A DNA stretch of 64,000 bases from Lytechinus pictus. Its lineage: Eukaryota. The DNA is taken from NCBI RefSeq assembly GCF_037042905.1, contig NC_087250.1:22694001-22758000 (forward strand), in the 5' to 3' direction. The notes below the pieces were generated by a model. It saw only the letters and a list, made by a program, of their open reading frames with translations. It had not been told where the DNA came from and did no database searches. The translations under genes were made by a program, and so were the position numbers. How positions within the stretch are numbered: the first letter of the stretch is position 1; each line of letters begins with the position of its first letter. This document shows, piece by piece, positions 1-13,800 of this stretch.

Positions 1-1319
1 CAAGCGTTTGTTTAATGATTGCCGGACCATGCCGTCATTTTCATGCTAGTACATTCATTCTGCTTTAATAGTGTAGTTATGAATAAAAGAAAATTGAGGG
101 TAACTTTGCTCAAAGTTTTATTTTGAATTAATCTTATAAACACATCATTCTCATGGCACTGCGCAGAGAGTTCATGCGATTTGATTAACCATGTGGGGTA
201 GATCATTAATTCCATCATGACTTTGCATTAATTGCTACTTGTCTTCTCAAGTGTTTGTTTATTACTCTGGGTCTGGGAGGGGCCTTGTGAAGTGGTTTTT
301 AGGGTTGATTTGCCCTGCATGCTACATTTTAAAGCAAAATTCTGTTCTGGGATTAGGTTTGCAGTGTTGATATGCCTGGAAAGAGGGAAATCAATAAGAT
401 TTTAATCTTCTTTTCCCTTTCATTTTTAAAAGTTGTCTTGAAGATTCAATTTTTTTCTGAAATCAAAGAAGCTTCTTCATGATTAAGAGGATTTTATTCA
501 CGTGCAGTTCGGCATAAGATTAAGTTTTTCTGCTCATAATTGGCATTTAAGCATTGTGAAACTTATTGATACAATATTGCACTGTGTATCATTGATGAGC
601 AAATCAGGGTTTTAGAGGTTTGCTGTGTTTGAGATTTTTATTTTTATTTTTTGTTTGGTGTAAAAGAGGGAAAACCAACTTTTTTGATTCTGCAAAATGA
701 TACGGGCAAAGTATGACAGTCACTGTTCTCTTTTCCATTAATGTAACAAAGTATGGAAATTTCTGTTTCTTTATGGTTTTATTGATGTGAGGATTTATTT
801 TGTACTATCATTTCTTTTTTATTACCTTTTCTTTTCCCCACCTGCTTGCCGATCTGTGCTTCAATATTGCATTATCCTACCCTATAAAATTACCTTGTGT
901 ACATGTTTGTCCCCCCATGGCTTTTTCCTCTCCCTATAAAATCCCATTAAACCATTACCATAAACCACATCTCCTATGACTTTTCTTCCCTCCCTATACA
1001 ATTTCATTATACCATTACCTTGTATGTATGTCCCCCATATGACTTTTCCCCCTCTCCTTATACGATCCCATCATGCACCTCATTTAATATCTCTTCCTTT
1101 TGCACTGAATAACTTAAAACCCCATCCCTTATATAATCATGTTATCGTACTTCCTTACATCACTTATTTCTCTTATGTAATTCCTGTCCTTGTCTTTGCC
1201 CCATGCATTTTGTCCCATGCATTTCTTAATAACCCTACTGATCGTATTACTCCTCCTGATACAAACCCATTACACTCCCATTATTTCCTCATCATTCTGA
1301 TGAATTAAAATATACTCTC

Positions 1320-1560
1320 TCTTTTACCACTCCTTATACCACTCCTACCACTTTTTATACCACCCCTTATACCACTCCTTATACCAATGCTTGTACCACT
1401 CCTTGCACCAATCCTTCACCACTCCTTATACCAATCCTTATAATGTACTCCCCTTTTACCATATCTTATACCTATCCTCATACCATCCTTTATCCTTACA
1501 CCAATCCTTTTACTAATCCATATACTACCTCTTATACTAATCCTTATACCATCCCTCATA
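1320..1560. repeat. Degenerate 12-bp tandem repeat (ATACCACTCCTT)n
   Basis: Repeated taccactcctta / taccaatcctta units. Confidence 0.85.
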
Positions 1561-1712
1561 TTTCTGTTATATCACATGGTGTCTTGTACTACATTATTTC
1601 ACTTCCAAAACCCATTTTTATACATAATTTTCCATCATACTTTCAATTTCCCATGACCAATACCAAACCCTTATGCAAACCCAATGTCTTATACCCCTTC
1701 CCCGGTAAGCAG

Positions 1713-1826
1713 CTCGTATGTACCACACAGCCAACTATGAATCCAGGCAGCGGCGATGGGGCTCTGAGGTGAGGCGAAAGCCTAATTTACCGTTGCCCTC
1801 GACACCACAGAGCACTGGGACAGAAG
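1713..1826 (+). CDS. Exon E1 (phase 1-1, 114 bp): RMYHTANYESRQRRWGSEVRRKPNLPLPSTPQSTGTE
   Basis: aagcag acceptor closes a ~916-nt AG-free zone; in-frame alternative starts at 1710 and 1731; donor G|gtatag; CpG-rich open frame. Confidence 0.65.
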
Positions 1827-4800
1827 GTATAGGTTTGGTTGATGAATATTTCTCTGTCTCTGTATTTGTGCATCGTTCGTACATGTACCTGTTCCTGTAT
1901 TGTGCATTGTGTTGCCTTAGTCTATCAAACCAATATACCTTATACTCTCTTAATATCTTATACTGTAAAAGTGGGACAAAGGGTTAAGCTTTCATTAATA
2001 AATATTTCTTTGTGTCTGTCGTTGTGCATCTTTTGTATTAGCATACATGTCCCTGTACCTGTATGTGCATTGTGTTGTCCGAGTCTGTGAAACTATAATA
2101 CCTTATACTCTTAAACTCTCTCAACACCTTATACTGCAAAAGTGAGCTTTTGGTTACAAGTGCAATGCGAAAATAGGTGCTTCTTTATCTGCAGCAAATT
2201 GATAAAGATATCAATTGAAAATGCAAAAAGGTGAAAAAGGATGAACAAAGGAGAAAAAATAATTGAAATTAGAAAGCTGAAATTAAAGCAATAGAAAAAG
2301 TAAATGAAGTTGAAGTTGAATCACTTATCAAATCACTAATAATGTGAAGTGTTTTCTGATCTTTGCATGAAATATATAAACGTTATGGGACTTTGAAATC
2401 AAACATTGCCTTGATTGAATCACTTTTATCGTATATTTGGGGAATATCTGTTGTCTTCCTTCATAGAACTTTTATTCCATAATTATCCTCGGTGAATGGA
2501 AAGAATTAATAGATGCTGTAGAAATTATGGCTTTGTATGTAATCTATAGAATATACCCTTATGGGTATTATTTCTGTCTTTCTGTATTCTGTCTGTCTGT
2601 CTCCTTCTGTCTTATATCTTATTCTCTTCATGTGGGCCTAAATATTTTTAGATTCTGAGGCCCGTATTCTGATAGCAGGTTTAACTTAAACTCAGTTTTA
2701 AAGTTGTGGTTTAAGTATGGGAAGCCAAAAGTATCAAAATTTTTATTAAGTTGTATGTTTCTTATGTTCACTGTGCTCTTTCCTGATTCATCGATGGTGA
2801 AGACAATCGTCTATTTATACTTCCTAGACAAATATGAATGATTTGAGAGCCAAATGAGCTGAAGTATGATATCTCTACTGTTAGTGATTTATTTAACAAT
2901 TGGCCATCCATACTTAAACCACAACTTTAAACCCGAGTTTAAGTTAAACCTGCTATCAGAATATGGGCCTGTATCTCAACTTTCACTCTTGAATTCCTGT
3001 CAGGGAGGAATCCTCTTTTTGTTTGAGTCTTAATTTAGTTTTTAACCAATTCCTACCAAAATATATCTTTATGATCATTATTTCACCAAGTCAAAGCTCT
3101 AAACTATGAATAGATAAATAATACTGCTGTTTGCCCAGAGAAAAGAAGGAAATAAATATTTGTCTATATCCTTTCTCAACCATTGATTTTATTAGGTTAT
3201 ATACATTAACTTATTCACATCCATGTATATTCACCATTCAAAAAGTTCATTTACAATTTCTTCCATTGTTTTTTTTTGTTTTTTTTGTTAATTTCTTCCA
3301 TTGTTGAATGAATAACCTTCAAATTTGTACATCGAGAGACCTATTGTTAAAGATCTGTTTTGGCAGTGGGATTATGTAGTCTAATTCTTTGTTATGTCAC
3401 CGTTATTTGGTCATATCTAAAACCTATGTGAAGCATGCACCACTGTCTTGTATGAAAGCATAATGTGTCTATTATTCACCATCTCAAAGCCATTATTACG
3501 CAGTGGTACTTGTAATGTATATTACATGGTGACACGACCTTTGCTCCTTCCACAATTGCTCCGGTCCCAATGTCTCAGAAGGCATAGGATTAGAGTTGGG
3601 ATTGCTATTTTTTTTGGTTTAGAATATTGTAAAGATTACGATTTGGGTTTATTTCGTTTTTGAGGTTAGGTTTTATGTTTCACTTAATGTGTAGATTTTC
3701 CATCTGAGCAATTGTCGCCAGAGCAAATGTCATGTAACCATATTACATGTCTATGTGCCTGACATATTTGAATTTCATGCCCCCCTTTTTTTTTTGGGGG
3801 GGGAGGGGGTGCATTGGAAGGAGCCAGTCATATGTAAGCATTAACTAGAGAAAAGGGCTACCCATGTGGACATGATTTACATAATTATAGATCCGCGCGA
3901 TTTTGCATTGAAGTTTTGTAATATTTATTTGAATAGATAAAATATGGAAAAAAAATCACATTAATCATTCTAATAATGCTTCAGTATTGCTCCATATTGT
4001 TCATATAGCTTATCCTTAGATTGCCTATTTCGTTTACCTTAGAACTTCATACAACTTCACTGAAAGTATTCAAATCAAAACCGAAATTTTATACAAACCA
4101 AAACCGCATGCAGATGTTATTGGCAATACCGTTTTGTTGGTGACCAGTCAATTTCATAGAAACTTTTGATTTTGGTAATTGTAACATTGTGGTTACTATC
4201 ATAGAAAACTTGATCTACTTTGGCTCCTGAACCCGGTTGTTGTAGTTTAACTAGTTTCCCTAATCGTAAGGCCTATATCTAATAGGCTTTATTTGCACAG
4301 GATAAGCTCAAGTTAATCTCAGTGGTTGGTGTGGTTAAAAACATACATTCCTATTAGCTGCATACCTTGGCAATGTGCTCATAGCTTAATTTTGGTATCG
4401 TGCACATCTTTCTCTATTTTTTTATACACTGTGTACTATTAACTAATTATAAGCAGTAGCTTATGCGCTCATAAAGTAGGGTATCAATAACATCATGTCT
4501 TCATCATTTTTTTTATTCACTGTGTACTTATTAGATGCCCTACTCCAGGGGTTCTCAAACTTTTTCTTTGAAGGGCCAGATGAGACTCCAAGTAAACCTG
4601 AAAGGGCCAGGGTGAAGTGGATACTTAGACAAAAATGTGCGCGAAGCGCAAAGACCCTTGCGGTCGGGGTCCTAGATGCTCTATAATCTGGCCCTTATTT
4701 TGGGAGCTTTTATTCCAACAAATTTATAACAGTTTCATACAGAACGCAGGCAAAATTAGAAAAGATTTCAAAATACAGCGAGAGTCAATATTAATGATAA

Positions 4801-7800
4801 CAAAATTGCAGCACTTTGTTAGAAGGAATCTAGATTTTACCTATACATAACTGGTATTGGGGAGACAGATTATGTCTTGAAGTATCAATATTTTTGCAGT
4901 CAAAGTAGAATGAATAATAGAGTACGTCTGTTGTAGACTCTAACAAGGATGTCAGTCTTCTAGTCACTTTCAATATGGGAAAAGTGACAGTCCAAGTGAC
5001 CTTGGCACAAAAGGTGTAATTACCAGACGAAGGCACTGGTGCAAATGTTCACTGGTCAAGCAGGGGCCGCGGAAGCGGGGGGGGGGGGGGGGGGGCTTCA
5101 GCCCCCCACTTTTTTCCAAAACCATTTATATAAACGTAAAAATGACCATACGATTGTGATTTTTTGCATGGCCAGCGCCCCCCCCCCCCACTTTGAAAAC
5201 CGTTCCGCGGCCCCTGTCAAGTTACTTCGGTATGAGTTAGTTCTTTAAAATGTTCATTGTGGAAAATGCACTTTCACACCTGTATGTAGATCCAAACATG
5301 GTGAGAACAGCGCTGGTCATCTAATAAGTAGATCGAACAGACAGAAAAGACTCCACTAAACTTTGTTTAAATGTCAAATTAATTTGACTGCCATTACTTT
5401 TATTACGGTTAGGTCTACATGGATTATCTGTGGATACACAATGTAATCATATTGAGCTTTGTTTCATATTGTGACTTTAGTGATTAAAAAAAAACCCAGC
5501 AGAGTCTCGCGGGCCGGATAGAGAAGCTCTGCGGGCCGGATCCGGCCCGCGGGCCGTAGTTTGAGAACCCCTGCCCTACTCAATGCAACATGCTCATTCA
5601 GAATTTCATTCACATATTTTTTTTTTAGTCACCGTGTACAGTTCATAATGGTGGAGATATACTGTAAGAGGGATGTAGGGTGTAATCGTACATTCATATC
5701 ACATCTTCATTATTTCTTGATCCACCTTGTACGGTTCATGATGGCTTCCATTTCTGCTTTGAGTGACGTTGGTGTAGTGCATGTTATATCCTCAATATTT
5801 CTTGATCCACTGTGTACTATTTATTCAAGATAGTGTGTTATAATGAATTCATACAGATTTCCTCCTCCATATGCCATTAAACTGCCTTTGAATTTACATG
5901 TACTATATATATATTATAATACTAGTCTGAACTATTTGACAAATCATATATTTGCAATTAACATTTTAAGCTTACATGTCCATGGAATTAAGTATGTGTA
6001 TGTTGAAATGTACATGCTCACAGAGCTGTATAATTATTATGTTGTAGAGTAAATGTAGCTATACATGTAATTCACATTTTTGCCATGGCTATCTAAAGTT
6101 TCGCTTAAATGCTGTTATTACTAACATTTCTGTACTAAATCAAATTCTCTTTGTTCTCTTGCCTATTCATTTTCTCTACTCTCTTTTCTTTTCTCATTCC
6201 TCTCTCTTCTGTTCTGATTCCCCTGATAATTTCTTTTATTATGTTTTCCTTTCTTTAACTTTCTTTCAATCCATTTCTTGCACCTCTTCATTTTTCTCTG
6301 GCATTTATTTCCTTTCTCATTCCTCTTCTCATTTTCTTCTTTCCCTTTTCCATTTCATTTTTCTTCATTCTATACTCTTGTTTCTCTTCCTTTGTTTTTC
6401 TTTCCCTCCATATGTTCCTCTTACTCTTTTTTTATCTGTAACTTTATTCTCTTCTCTCACTTTTCTCTCCTTTTTTCCCCACTTTACCTTCCTTCTTCTT
6501 TTCCTTTTCCATTCTTTTATTTCCATCCATTCTATACCCTTTATCCCTTCATTTGTTTTTCTTTCCCTTTATCTGTTCCTCTTCCTTTTTTTTTATTCTG
6601 TAACTTGATTTCTCCTTTCTTTCCTCTTTCACTTTTCTCTCCTTTTTTCCCCACTTTACCTTCCCTTTATCCTCTGCTCTGCCCTTTGCACCACGCTTCA
6701 CCCGCAACCATCTGAAACAAAATAAATAAAAACTGCCACCAATAGCACATTATACTCAAGTTGAGAGGAGAGGTTCCGAACCAGTGCGACCGACGGTAGC
6801 GTTGACGGCCCGTTCGCATCAAGGTTGGTCCACGTGCATGCTTGCTGAATTTGCTTCATCCGATGGTCATTGACTGTTCTGTGATCTATTGTTGTGACTG
6901 TTTTGTGTTCCCATTCGCTGTGTCACCAGGGTCCTGTCTCACAAAGAGTTGTGATTGATCCAAGCAATCTTAAAGGACAAGTCCACCCCAACAAAAACTT
7001 GATTTGAATAAAAAGAGAAAAATTCAACGAGCATAACACTGAAAATTTCATCAAAATCGGATGTAAAATAAGAAAGTTATGACATTTAAAAGTTTCTCTT
7101 CATTTCACAAAACAGTTATATGCGCATCCCGGTCGGTATGCAAATGAGGGAACCGATGACATCACTCACTCACTATTTCTTTTGTATTTTATTATATGAA
7201 ATATGAAATATTTTGATTTCCTCGTCATTGTCATGTGAAATGAAGTATCATTCCTCCCTGAACACGTAGAATTCCATTAATTTAACATTTTGTGGTTCAG
7301 GCAATGAGGTCCTAATCGTCAAATTCGTAAAAAATGAAATATTGTATAATTCAAACAATAAAAAACAAAAGAAATAGTGAGTGAGTGACATCATCGACTC
7401 TCTAATTTGGATGTAACTGGCTCGTTCATATAACTATTTTGTTTAAAATAAGCGAAACTTTGAAATGTCATAACTTTCTTATTTTACATCCGATTTTGAT
7501 GAAATTTTTAGCATTGGGCTTGTCTGATTTTTCTCTATTGATTCAAATCAACATTTTTCTGAGGTGGACTTGTCCTTTAACTATGGAAAGCCATCAGTAC
7601 CATAATCCTTAATGGATATTTATACAATGTGCCTTTGAAAACAAAGAGGAGTGCACTAATTTATCAAGACAGTGATGCAGAGCCCAAGTATACTTTGTGT
7701 CTCAAACCTTTTGAATGCACAAATCATGGCTGGGCTGTTAAAACCTTGTATCTCACAATTTTAAAATGTTGAAGGTAGCTTAGAAAAATCTGTATTTTAG

Positions 7801-10800
7801 AAGTATAGCAATGGTGAAAATCTCATATTGTCTGAAAACAGTCTCCTGATACCTGTGAAGAACTCTTGTCAAGGCAAATGAAGGTTTGCTACCCATGTTA
7901 TACCTCTGAAATTTAGCTTATTCTGAGTTGTCATAAAAATATTTAATTTTGAAATACAAGGTATTAACAGCCCAGAGACGAAAGGCATCTTCAGTATTTG
8001 GTTTGCTGGCTTTACATAGTTGTGATTTATAGGAACAATTGTAACTGTTTGTAAGACGGCCCCAATGCCCCCCCCCCCCATCATATAAGTTTTCTTTCTT
8101 AATTTCATGATGTTTATTCATTGTACTTACAACAGAATCGAAGTGATTTGATTTTGCTTTCATTTGCTTTATTCATTCATTCTAGTTGTAGTTATTATTA
8201 TTATTTTGCCATAAAATCTATTCCAGCCAAAGATCGTGGAGGGAGGGGGGGGGGGGGCATTTTTGAGAACTTTCATTTTGTTTGCCGGAAAAAAATTAAC
8301 AGGAAAATTATTCTTATGAGTGTTGATAACCTCAATAGGGGGCTTGTCCATGATTTTTTTCCTACAAAGTGCTGTGCCGTCTGGAAAAATCCTGGATTTG
8401 CTCCTTCCCCTACACTTTTTGCTGTTGATTAATTTCTTTACTAAAACTTACTAATTTCAAGAGTGTTAGTGATTTGAATAAATTGTTTCACATTTTGTGT
8501 ATGTCATGGCATTGACTGGGGGGGGGGGTTCTAATTCCCTTTATTGCTGAATTATAGCGACTTGAACATTTTTCTTCATTTGCCCATTTTCATGAAAGAT
8601 TTGCTTGATTTATTATTTCATTCATCTATTATCATCTTGAATCAAACTTGTTCTATAGTTTTCATCATTTTTTTTTAAAGTATCATAATTTTGTTTTGCT
8701 TTCAATTACAATTGATCCATGCCATCAAGTACCCTTTTTATATTCATTTTCTTTTTGTTTTGTTTTCTTGTTTACAGTGTATTTCTACTATTTCTGCTAT
8801 TATATCTTATTTTTATAGATGGAAATAATCATAATTCATCCTGTCCAATCATTCAATTTTTTTCTCTCAGTTTTGGTTCCAATTTAATGTCTTCTGCTGA
8901 ATTGTGACTATAGCCTCATTCATCATTGTGCAGTTGATATCCCCTATGCGCTTTTTAAGGACATTTTCACAGCCATACAAAAACGCATATATACATTTTC
9001 AGTTGTTTTTATGTTTGTTGTCTGTATTATGACTATATTGACTTATGGCGTACTGATTGAACGAGATTGATTTCTGGATCATTATCCCCTTACATAGATT
9101 TTTTTTTTTTTAGCATCTAACATATATGCTAATAGTTGCTGTATTTCTTTCTGATTAATGGCTATTCTTGTAAATAACCACTTGGAAGGGAGCAAGGTAT
9201 CTGAAATGCTATCTCAGAATGTTATACTGTACAATCATAAGAATTGCGAACTTTTTTTTCTATTCTTTAATTCTAATTCTTTATCTTTTCTGTTTCTTTA
9301 ATGAATCCTTCACAGTCTCATTATATATATATTTATATACATAAAAAGTTTTTACCTTTTTGATGAAAAGATAAATTAACCATTCCCTAATTTCATCTCA
9401 CTGTTTTATAAATCTTTCAAAAAGACATGAGATATTGAATAAATGTTTGTACTCTTGGTGGAAATTTAGTTTACCGTAACATTGCTTTCATGATATTCCT
9501 CTGCTTTAGAATCCAATAACGAGAACTGAGTGTATAAAACTTGTACTTTAGGGTGAGAAGTTTCCTTAATAATTCTTTCCTGTTATTTCTCCGAAACGCT
9601 CCGACAAGACTCCTTCCATCCGCCGAGTCCTACTAAACCCAAAGTTAAACCCAAACCGCCGGTTAGGAGCAGCAGTAGAAAGCAAGAGTATTCGCCAGGT
9701 TTGTTTGTGGTTGCCTTTTCAATACTGCCGTGGGCCCATCATTTCTCTGCAAAAGAAAATAATTGTGTTTGTGTTAACAGATTCGTTCTATTCATTTCTA
9801 TTTGTGCCATCTTGCTCCAAGTAAATGAAAAAAAAAGAAAGAAAAGAAGGAAAACGTATAGGTGCTAGCACCACATGGCATTGCCTTGTTTTTATATCAA
9901 CATGGCATTTATACAGTGAAAAGTCAATCTCGGTGTTACTTGGGGCAATATGGGTTTGTCGTTTATTGTGCTCGTGTAAATTCAGGCTTTCTTTTTTGTT
10001 CATTGCTGCTGGTGCTAACTGGAGCTGCTATCAATGTAAGGTTTTGGTGTTTATGGCTACATTGTTAATGCTTGAATCCAGACACCATAGTCATTCATTA
10101 TCAGCAGTGCTTGAGAAGGGTGCTTATAACTGTTTTTTTATGGCATTGTTGCTAGGCAGCTGATATGCGTCATAAAAACCACACGTTTCAGTGAAACTGA
10201 TATGATTTTCTCACAGATTTTGATGGATTTGGGGTATTTTGAAGAGCATACCCAAGCATACCCAATTTTAATTAATTCTCACCAGGTATTGAATATGACC
10301 ATAATCCCATATGGAATCTTGCCCCCCCCAAAAAAATCTTGATAATTAAAACAAATAAAAAATAAACAAAGTGAAATTTCAAGCATTATCATGTTTAAGA
10401 ATTTGAAATCACCAAAATGATGATACAGCTACTTCATGTACAGTAAATGATGTACTATTGAATATTAAGATAAAAAGTTGGCAGTTGTAATACACAATTC
10501 AAATATCGCCAAAACTGAAAGAATTGTTTGAACATGTGTGCGCAAATTTCCTTTGGAACCATGCTTGGAAGGAATTGATTAGCTTAAAGAAAAAACCCTG
10601 CTAAAATGAGATGTGCGGTTGGTTTGATTCTCCTTTAACAGCTCCATTCTATTATTTTCGTCACAAACAGTGTGCTGTGTTCTGAGGCTTTCCCTTTCTT
10701 CTTGAATCAATGTTTTAATCTTCTGATTACTTTAATTTCTTCTGTTGAAGCTGTTTTATTTCCAAAGTTTGTGGAACAATGCAAATTTTTTGTGTGGATT

Positions 10801-13800
10801 CTTTTCAAGTTTAGTTTGCACTTTTGTTTCCTTAATTTTCTTGCACTTACAGTAAGGGATTAATGTTGAAGCCTTTTGCGTTGATCAGATAAGAATTAAG
10901 GGGTTGTGCAGATATAATTTCAAACTTTAATATTTGATTTACGCTTTTCTTATTTAAAATTCTTTTCAAGTTGAGTTTGCACTTTTGTTCCCCAATTTTC
11001 CTGCACTTACAGTAATGGATTAATATTAAAGCTTTTTCCGTTGATGAAATGGGAAGGGAATGGGATTGCAGATATAATTTGAAACTTTAATATTTGATTT
11101 ACAGTTTTCTTAAAATATTTACTTAATTATTTTGTCAGTGTGCCTTCTTTTGTGTCTTTGTCAAATATCTACTTCTATCTAATCAACTTGCACAATTCAT
11201 CAGTTATCTAAAGTTTTGAATTTAGTGTACAATATACTTTTGTGTGTTACCAGCAAGTATGCCCTTTGTTTTATAAGAAAATATCAAAGTGATTCAGGTT
11301 TTTATTTTGTCTTTGTTGTTGTCTTGTGAGACCTCCATTGTGAAGCATTTCTGTTCAGTGTCTTTCACTTCCTTATTTCATACATGTACTTGGAAAAGTT
11401 ACCTGAACAGTTGAAAAAAATCTTAATTTGTTTTAAAGATAATCATACACACAATGAAAAGTGTGTAAAATTCTGCTGTGTAACGTCAGTTACCGTGAAA
11501 ATGCCCAAATAAAGAACAGATTTGATGTAATGCGTACATGTATGTGCATCATGATTTTTGTAAAAAAAAACTTCTCTGTGTGCAGAAGTCTTTCGGTGGC
11601 AGAATGTGAGTTTTTTTCTGTAGGAAGTTTATGTAAGTGTATTTCTATGCTGTTGGATATTGATGAGGGAAAGCTACATGTAACTTGATCTAGGAACTGC
11701 CCTAGATAAAGTGAACCATTCCATTTTGCTAAAAATACCTTGCTATCTATGTCTTTGGTGCTGGAGGTCATATCAAACACATTGCAAGCTGTCTTGGAAA
11801 AAATGTTGTGCTTCAGGTCTACATGTGGAGTACCACAAGGCTCTGTTAATGGGCCCATCTTATTCTCTGAATATCTAATAGATATTAAATATATATCAAT
11901 ATAGGCTCATGCAGATGTTTCATCAAGGATGTGTTCTTGGTGCATTTTCTCATTCTATGTACCTTGCGGAATAGCTGGAGGTCGAATTCTTTCATTGCTC
12001 TTTCATTTTCACCTGAGATTTTTGGTGATGATAGTTCCGGTACTCTGCCAGCTTTGGTATTAGCCAAATACATATATGTTCACGTTGGTCCATGTATCCA
12101 TCTGTTCGCCATTTATGTATGATTGTACAGATAAAGCTTAGAAGGGGTTTTGAATGGTAGTTTTTTTTTTTGCAAAACCTACAAAATAATTAACATGTTA
12201 AGCTCATGTTTCACTGAAAGTGTGATGATATTTTATCACACTTATGGTATATTTCTATTGATACTAATACTGCAGACTCAATTCCATGCCTACTTGCCTC
12301 TATGATAGCTGTTTTCTTGTTAGATATATTGCCATTTGCTTTAGGCTCTAGTATAACTGTCCATGTGATTATGCAGCATTTAAAGCGAAGCTTTCATGAT
12401 AATTTACTTACACATCGCAAGGTATAGTTTGTCAACTGCCATGCATCATTGTGTCATATTAAATACATCATGGGAATTCTTTTTCTTCTAATGCTTACAT
12501 AGAAAGTGTTCTTTTTTTAAAAACACAATTAAAATATGTGTAACTCGACCTATGCTCCTGCAAGATTTGTGTCTGTCTTCATATCTCAGAGGTCATTTGT
12601 ATTTATTTAGACAACTAAAACATACAAAGTAAAACATGTCAAGGGATACAAAAAAAGGTTTGAAAAACCCGTACGAGTTTGAATCCCAATGAAATAAAGT
12701 AGCATCAAGATAAAAACATAAGTTTAACATGTTAAAGTTAGGATTGTAAAAGAGTTTTTGGGTCAGAATAATAGCAAAGATAAGGATTAGGGTTTATTAG
12801 ATTTTTGAGGTTGGGTTTTGTGTTTGGCTGAACGTTCAGATTTTCCATCAGAGCAAATGTCATGGAACTCAAATATGACCTCAATACATTAAATTAAAGC
12901 TCTCTGGACCTTCTCTGTAACCATCTTTATTTCTTACATCTATTGATTTGGGATTTGGTATCAAAGATCACATATGAAGTTAGTCATTTATGCATTTTAG
13001 GAATAAAACATTACAAGGGCTTGAATTAAGAATTTAAAGGGGCATTAGCCATTTTTAAAAGGGCAGTTTTAGCTTGTGGCAAAGTGGCCTTGGATACCCC
13101 AAACTTTCAAGGGCCATCAGGGCCATTCTAAAGGGCATTTACTCTGGACCTTCTCAGTAATAATCTTTGCAGTTTTTATTTCTTACATCTAGTGATTTGG
13201 TATTTGGTATAAGAGCTCACATATGGAAGTAGTCATTAATGCATGTTAGAAATATGACATCACACAAAACTAACACATTATAAAACGCCTTCATGTCTGA
13301 GGTTACAGAATAATTCATGTCGCTTCGCTGTGTATAAAAACATCAACATTCTTGTATAAAAAGAAGGAAGAATATAATCAAATTGAATATGGTAATGTAA
13401 ACTAATCATTGATCATGATCTCTTTTATCAACATTCATTTTCATTGAGCTGCAGCTTTCACTATACTTACGGATAATTCATTGCTGTAAAGTGCTAGAAT
13501 AGAGACTCAACATGAATTTCATATACAGATTTCGATCAAAATTGGCATTTTTGATTTTTTTTCAGTAATTTCTTTTATGAGAATCGCATTGTTCTCCTTA
13601 TACAGGTGATAATGAATCTGCATTCCCTTCACAGGAACAAGAGGGTTTGTTCATACTTATTATATTATTTAGAAATTAATAAAGATGTACAATTGAAGAA
13701 AAATATAAACCTCAGCCCTGAGTATCATGAAAAATACATAAAGATGAAGGAGTGGAACATTTCGATACACACGAATGAGAGCTTTACTCTATTTTTGTTC

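Noticed and set aside
1769..1774. Strong-looking donor GAG|gtgagg inside E1
   Set aside because: Phase 0, incompatible with the downstream phase-1 exons; the frame continues to the 1826 donor.
6159..6715. F/L/S-rich ORFs that look like membrane proteins (also 34583-35061)
   Set aside because: Stop-poor pyrimidine tracts; better explained as splice-related or simple repeats.
11490..11858. 122-aa minus-strand ORF starting MGPLTEPCGTP
   Set aside because: Antisense reading of the LINE RT motif GVPQGSV on the + strand.
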